Shown in pieces: positions 59,342 through 64,000 of a stretch of DNA of 64,000 nt (positions within the stretch are counted from its first letter, which is position 1; each line of letters opens with the position of its first letter). Below the pieces are notes generated by a model, which saw only the letters and a program-made list of their open reading frames with translations, was not told where the DNA came from and searched no databases. The stretch spans positions 6,152-70,151 of the IMG/VR virus record IMGVR_UViG_3300039239_000037, one strand, 5' to 3'. Origin of the DNA: a virus. The translations under genes were made by a program, and so were the position numbers.

Positions 59342-59378
59342 ATAGCGTGCAATCTCAGCCGTAGACTCCGCCGCCATG
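59342..59378 (+). promoter_or_regulatory. Operator-like motif plus TAGACT-N8-ATG promoter
   Basis: ATAGCGTGCAAT 59342-59353, TAGACT 59362-59367, ATG 59376; spacing identical to the portal promoter. Confidence 0.65.
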
Positions 59379-59774
59379 ACCGCAGGAGCCTTCCCCATCG
59401 ACCCGACTACACCCGTCGGGCAGCTCCGCTACCTGCTCGGCGACACCACTGCGACAGCGTCGCCGCAGGCGCCCGCCGGAACCAAGCTCTTCGCCGTCTG
59501 GTCCGACGCGGAGCTCATCGCGGCGATCGCCAACGCCGGAGGAAACGTCCTGCGCGCCGGCGGGCTTCTGGTCACCCAGCTCGCCCTGTTCTACGCCCAG
59601 CAGGGCCAGATGAGTATCAAGGCCGACGACCTCGGCCTCACCATCGGCGCCAAGGGCAGCGATCTCAACACCATCGCACGCACCCTCTTCCAGGAGGCCT
59701 CCGACCGCGACGCAGCGGAAGCGGACTCCTTCTTCGTCGCCGCACCTCTGCGCTCGGCAGGAGCCTGCCTGTGA
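59376..59774 (+). CDS. Head-to-tail adaptor
   Basis: VGQLRYLLGD...WSDAEL...AA adaptor-like pattern after MCP. Confidence 0.75.
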   Translation: MTAGAFPIDPTTPVGQLRYLLGDTTATASPQAPAGTKLFAVWSDAELIAAIANAGGNVLRAGGLLVTQLALFYAQQGQMSIKADDLGLTIGAKGSDLNTIARTLFQEASDRDAAEADSFFVAAPLRSAGACL

Positions 59775-61531
59775 CCCTCGTACGCCTCCGCGGCCGCGTC
59801 CCCGGCTTCGGCCAGCTCGAAAACCTCGCCTCCGGAATCATCGCGCTCGAGCGCTGGAACGGGGAGGGCCCCGTGTCCCTCGTCGCGGGCCAGGACTACA
59901 TCCCCGACACGATCCTGCGCACGAAGATCATCGACGGCCAGCCCGTCGACCTGCTCGACATCCTCCCCACCGACGGGACGTTCTGCATCCGCTGGACGAT
60001 CGCCGCCACTGGGGCCGACCACTCCGGGACCCCGCTGGTCCGCTTCACCACGATCCCGACCTCCGACGAGGTGAACTTCGCCGACCTCCCCGACGTCGAC
60101 CCGTCGACCTTCTCCCCGCTCGTCCCACTCCCTCCGTCCGCACAGCAGATCTTCGATGCAGCCTCCGAAGCGGTCCAGGAGGCTGCAGGCGAGGCGACCG
60201 ACGCCCGCACAGCCCGCGTAGGTGCCGAAACGGCGCGCACGGGAGCGGAGACCGCTCGCGCCAACGCGGAGACCGCCAGTACGGCCGCCACCGGCGCGCG
60301 CGACACTGCTGCCCAGGCGAATACCGACGCGCAGGCCGCGCGCACCGGAGCCGAGACGGCGAGAGCGGGCGCGGAGACTGCCCGGACTGGAGCGGAGACC
60401 GCGAAGACCGCGGCCGAGACCGCGCGCGACCTTGCCCTCGCCGGACAGTTCGCCGGCACCGACCTCCTCACGACCGACCTCAACACGGTCTACCTGCCCG
60501 GCGTCTACCGGCAGCCCAACACTGCATCCGCACAGATCGCCCGGAACTATCCCGTAGAAGGCGTGTCGGGCATGCTCGTCGTGCTCAGTCGCAACAGCCT
60601 CGGCGCCACGGGCGGCCGCGCCGTCCAACAGTTCTACCCGCAGATCGGCGCCAACCTCACCGACGCCCGGCTGCACTACGAGCGCGCCTCCAACTCCGGC
60701 GGATGGACACCTTGGCGCGTCTTCCACAGCACTCGTGTCGACTCCCCCACGGGGCAGCCTGGCGCCGCGGCATACCTCTGGAACGACGTGAATAACGTCG
60801 AGCTCCAACTCGCCCCAACGATGATTAACCTCGGCACCACCGACCTCAACACGGTCACGTACCCCGGCACCTACCTGCAGCCGTCCACTTCGCAGAGCAC
60901 CTTCGCCCGCAACTATCCCATCGAGAGCGTGACCGGCGTGCTCGAGGTGGCCCCCTCCAGCTCCGTCCTCGCCGTCGTCGTCCAGCGCTTCACAGTCTCC
61001 GGCGGCAACTGGGGCGCGGTCCGCGGCGTCCACACGCGACGCCTCACCGGCGGCGTCTGGGGCGCCTGGACCTTCATCCCGCAGCAGCGCGTCGACAACA
61101 CCGCCGGCCGCGCGATGTATACGTGGGACGACACGACCAACCGCGAGCAGCTCTTCTACGGCGACACGGGCTGGCGCGGGGTGACCGGCCCCCTCCTGAA
61201 CGGCTGGACGATGGGCTCGTACCGCATCCGACGAGTCGGAAGCCTGGTCTCCTTCGTGATCGGATCGCTCAACGGATCCGCCGCGACATCGCCGCAATTC
61301 GAGACACTGCCCGCCGGCTTCCAGCCATACTCCACCGAGGGCTTCACCCTCTTCTTCGAAGGCAACTCCCCCACGAGCGTTTACCGCGCGTACGTGGGCT
61401 CCTCGGGTCAGATGACCACAGGCACGCCGATCCCGGCTGTCAACATAGGCGGCACGATGACGTGGCTGACCTCACAGGCTTGGCCCACCACACTGCCCGG
61501 TACCGCACTCGGAGGAGTCCCCGTCGCATGA
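59771..61531 (+). CDS. Fibre/receptor-binding protein with Ala/Thr heptad shaft and tandem pyocin-knob-like domains
   Basis: AETARTG repeats (approx. 60205-60435); two DLNTV..PG.Y.Q...NYP units and a C-terminal beta domain. Confidence 0.7.
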   Translation: MTLVRLRGRVPGFGQLENLASGIIALERWNGEGPVSLVAGQDYIPDTILRTKIIDGQPVDLLDILPTDGTFCIRWTIAATGADHSGTPLVRFTTIPTSDEVNFADLPDVDPSTFSPLVPLPPSAQQIFDAASEAVQEAAGEATDARTARVGAETARTGAETARANAETASTAATGARDTAAQANTDAQAARTGAETARAGAETARTGAETAKTAAETARDLALAGQFAGTDLLTTDLNTVYLPGVYRQPNTASAQIARNYPVEGVSGMLVVLSRNSLGATGGRAVQQFYPQIGANLTDARLHYERASNSGGWTPWRVFHSTRVDSPTGQPGAAAYLWNDVNNVELQLAPTMINLGTTDLNTVTYPGTYLQPSTSQSTFARNYPIESVTGVLEVAPSSSVLAVVVQRFTVSGGNWGAVRGVHTRRLTGGVWGAWTFIPQQRVDNTAGRAMYTWDDTTNREQLFYGDTGWRGVTGPLLNGWTMGSYRIRRVGSLVSFVIGSLNGSAATSPQFETLPAGFQPYSTEGFTLFFEGNSPTSVYRAYVGSSGQMTTGTPIPAVNIGGTMTWLTSQAWPTTLPGTALGGVPVA

Positions 61532-61701
61532 GCCCCGTCGACGTCCACAACACCGCAGCCGGCGGCCACGAGCTCGTCGACGTCGACCCCTTCCTCCCCA
61601 CAGGGATCTGCGCGATCTGCGAAGGCGTGGCGCTCGACGAGCGACCGCCGGAGGATCGCGGCCCCGACAACCCGTACGATCCCGCGCTCCCCGCCGACTA
61701 G
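61528..61701 (+). CDS. Small hypothetical protein (CxxC)
   Basis: MSPVDVHN...CAIC; ATGA overlap. Confidence 0.5.
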   Translation: MSPVDVHNTAAGGHELVDVDPFLPTGICAICEGVALDERPPEDRGPDNPYDPALPAD

Positions 61702-61910
61702 AGCAGCCCCTCCGCGCGGTAGTGCTCCACCCGCTCGAGGAACTCCAGCCAGCGTGTCCGCTGGTACTCCGTCTGTAGCTCCGGCTCAAGGCGCACGTCA
61801 CGGCCGCCGCGGTGCGGAACCTCCCACGGAGGCTCCATGCCAGCGCGGAGGTAGGTCAGCTCGCGAGTCTCGTCCACGCCGCCGAGGCGCGCATCGGATC
61901 TTGGATCCAT
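61698..61910 (-). CDS. Small antisense-oriented hypothetical protein in the late region
   Basis: 70-aa ORF convergent with 61528..61701. Confidence 0.4.
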   Translation of the reverse strand: MDPRSDARLGGVDETRELTYLRAGMEPPWEVPHRGGRDVRLEPELQTEYQRTRWLEFLERVEHYRAEGLL

Positions 61911-62115
61911 CCGCGGATCATACCGGCTGAAACTGACGCGCGGCGGGCCCGAAACTCCCGCCGCGCGCGGGGGCCCAAGACCCCACTCGGTCCGGGGCTC
62001 AGGGAAAACCGACGGTCCTAGCGATCAGACTATGGGCCGGAGCTTTCGTTTTCGGGCCCATTTTGGGGCCACGACACCACCTCGGAGCGAACGCATATTG
62101 ACCGCCGCTCGGACC

Positions 62116-62132
62116 TAGACTCCGCGCCCGTG
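62116..62132 (+). promoter_or_regulatory. TAGACT-N8-GTG leaderless late promoter
   Basis: TAGACT 62116-62121, CCGCGCCC, GTG 62130. Confidence 0.65.
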
Positions 62133-62339
62133 AAGAGTGACCGTTACCTGGACCTGCGAACCGGCAAGACCGGCGCCTACGACGGTGGCCACGCTCGCGT
62201 TTTTCGCCAGCTCGAGAAGCTCCCCGACGACGTCACTGTCGTCCAAGGCGGCGACGCTGCGCTGTCCGAAGGAGTGGACGCCGTCTTCGCGTTCTCGACG
62301 GATGCAGACGCCGTGATCCTTCGCGGGGGCGGTGCATGA
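62130..62339 (+). CDS. Small hypothetical virion-region protein
   Basis: Starts exactly at the N8 position of the promoter. Confidence 0.55.
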   Translation: MKSDRYLDLRTGKTGAYDGGHARVFRQLEKLPDDVTVVQGGDAALSEGVDAVFAFSTDADAVILRGGGA

Positions 62340-62983
62340 CCACCGAGATCAAAGCTCGCACCTTCCAGCGCGTCGCCGCGGCCGCTGAATGGACGTCCGT
62401 CAATCCGATCCTCGGGAACGGTGAAATCGGCGTCGACGTCACGTACAACCAGTTCCGCGTCGGCGACGGAGTGAAGCGCTGGCTCCAGCTCCCACCCGTC
62501 GGCGTGACCGTCGGCCAAATCGAGGGCCTCATCGACCAGTACCTCGCGGCCAACCCGCCCGCTGGCGGTGGCGGTGGCTCCAACCTCACGGTCGCGCCGC
62601 ATCCCACGATCGCAGGCGCGGCCATCATCACGGTGAGCGGGTCCAGCGGTGGCGGCGACAACTCCACCGGCCTTCCCGTCATCACTGCGCACCCCCTCCC
62701 CGCCTCTCGTCGGGACCTCCAATCTCCGTACCCGAACCCGATCAGCTACTCGGTCGATTTCACGGCCAACCCCGCTGCGACCGTGCAGTGGCAGCACTCT
62801 CCCTACCCGGACCAGCCAGAAGTCGAGTCCGGCTGGGTGAACGTTCCGGGCGCCACCGACAAGACGTACACGTTCACGATGACCCAGGACTACCAGGGCG
62901 CATTCCGGGCCGTCGTCACCAACGCGCTCGGAAGCGTCAAGAGCAACTTCGCCATCATCACCGGCGTCTACATCACGGACTGA
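62336..62983 (+). CDS. Mtd_N-like fibre anchor plus Ig-like domain protein
   Basis: WTSVNPILGNGEIG...FRVGDGVKRW, Gly linkers and VQWQ...W.NVPGAT..TYT...FRAVVTN Ig pattern. Confidence 0.7.
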   Translation: MTTEIKARTFQRVAAAAEWTSVNPILGNGEIGVDVTYNQFRVGDGVKRWLQLPPVGVTVGQIEGLIDQYLAANPPAGGGGGSNLTVAPHPTIAGAAIITVSGSSGGGDNSTGLPVITAHPLPASRRDLQSPYPNPISYSVDFTANPAATVQWQHSPYPDQPEVESGWVNVPGATDKTYTFTMTQDYQGAFRAVVTNALGSVKSNFAIITGVYITD

Positions 62984-62987
62984 GCCC

Positions 62988-63554
62988 ATGACGATCATCT
63001 TCCCCACCGTGGATCCCGGAACCGCCAAGATTCCCGCCTCCCTCATTCCGAACGCCGTGCCGAACGGCGGCGGCACAGGTCAGATGCTCGTCAAGACCGG
63101 AGGTGCCGACGGCGCGCTCGGGTGGGCAACCCCCACAGGTGGAAGCGGTGGGGGTGGTGCGGGGTCGGGCCTGCAGTCGACCGTGTGGTTCTTCCCCGGC
63201 AACGTTTCCGTCCGCACGTCCGGCGCCGCACTGGTGATGCCGCCCTACGGAACCTTCGAGCTCATCGGAGCGTCCCTCCTGGTCCAGGCCGCAGGCGTGT
63301 CAGTCGCCGGGAACACGGTGGTCCGCTTCACTGCAGAAGGCTCGGTCGTCGGCTCCATCAGCCTCGGCCCAACGGAGCTGCAAACCCGCGGCTGGCACAA
63401 GGCTTCAACGGATACTGCGAAGCAGATCTTTGCAACGGCCCCCGTCCTCTCACCCGAGACTGTCATGCGGTGCGAGATCCAGCAGATCCCCTCGGGCGGC
63501 GGCACGCTCCCCCAGAACCTCAGTGCGCAACTCTGGTGGAAGTGGACCGAATGA
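62988..63554 (+). CDS. Minor structural / fibre-like protein
   Basis: GQMLVKTGGADGALGW, Gly linker and a jelly-roll-like C-terminus. Confidence 0.55.
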   Translation: MTIIFPTVDPGTAKIPASLIPNAVPNGGGTGQMLVKTGGADGALGWATPTGGSGGGGAGSGLQSTVWFFPGNVSVRTSGAALVMPPYGTFELIGASLLVQAAGVSVAGNTVVRFTAEGSVVGSISLGPTELQTRGWHKASTDTAKQIFATAPVLSPETVMRCEIQQIPSGGGTLPQNLSAQLWWKWTE

Positions 63555-64000
63555 TCCTCGAGGAGAGCTCCGCTTCCTTCATCACCCGACCAATCTCCGG
63601 ACCGCGCGGACTGGGCGGCCAGGAGGTTGTCCAGGCGGCCAGCACGCCCTACGCGAGCGCGTCGATTCACCTCACGACCGCACTGAATCGCATCCCGGCT
63701 AGCCTGTGGCCGCTCGAGGAGTGGACCGCCCTTCTCGGCGGCCCCAACGTCGCCGGGGCTAAGGTCATGCGGCCGCGCTACTTCGCTGGTATCCCCGCGA
63801 CCAACGAGATCAAAGCGCGCCTGTTCGCTCTCAACGGCCTCAACCCCGACTACTCCAACTGGGTCGGCCTCACCGTCGGACGCGGAGCCACCCTCCTCAA
63901 CGCCGCCAACTCCGACATCTGGGTTCACGAATACGGCCACTTCGTCGACTCGCAGCTCGGACGCATCCAGGACCAGTACAAGGCGACGTGGAACGCCACC
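63551..64000 (+). CDS. HExxH zinc-metallopeptidase-like protein, 3'-truncated (not in ORF track)
   Basis: ATGA overlap; 150 open codons to the window end, including IWVHEYGHFVD. Confidence 0.6.
   Translation, partial: MILEESSASFITRPISGPRGLGGQEVVQAASTPYASASIHLTTALNRIPASLWPLEEWTALLGGPNVAGAKVMRPRYFAGIPATNEIKARLFALNGLNPDYSNWVGLTVGRGATLLNAANSDIWVHEYGHFVDSQLGRIQDQYKATWNAT

Noticed and set aside
60205-60435. 21-bp repeats as a mobile or regulatory array
   Set aside because: They encode the AETARTG heptad shaft of a fibre protein.
62336-62983. Diversity-generating retroelement target (Mtd-like)
   Set aside because: Only the Mtd_N-type anchor is present. No reverse transcriptase or TR/VR repeat pair differing at adenines is seen in the window.

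Overview
This window holds nearly the whole genome of a high-GC (roughly 70% by eye) tailed siphovirus-type actinobacteriophage, broadly like lytic Microbacterium/Micrococcales phages (host is inferred). It is opened in the middle of the tail module. No integrase or clear immunity repressor is visible. Layout: (1) 1-12.9 kb, + strand: tail assembly chaperone with a -1 frameshift extension, tape measure, minor tail proteins, M15 endolysin, metallophosphoesterase and holin. (2) 13-38.9 kb, - strand: replication/recombination and early genes (RuvC-like resolvase, primase-polymerase/helicase, SSB-like, AAA ATPase, Cas4-like nuclease, WhiB, SF2 helicase, SMC-like ATPase, beta-clamp-like protein, many small ORFs). 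(3) An AT-rich, strand-skewed divergence region at about 37.5-40.2 kb. (4) 39.5-49.1 kb, + strand: accessory and nucleotide-metabolism genes. (5) A stand-alone DGQHR/DndB-like cassette. (6) 51-64 kb, + strand: terminase, portal, capsid, fibre-like genes. The most notable non-ORF signals are: a 121-nt tRNA-like RNA with alanine identity elements and extra arms, hidden between the SSB-like and primase genes (18565-18685, -); a 12-bp pseudo-palindrome (e.g. TTTGCGTGCTAA) repeated at least 15 times; and a TAGACT-N8-ATG/GTG leaderless late-promoter architecture, including a 14-codon uORF coupled to the tape measure gene. All protein calls come from motif recognition by eye; no database search was run.
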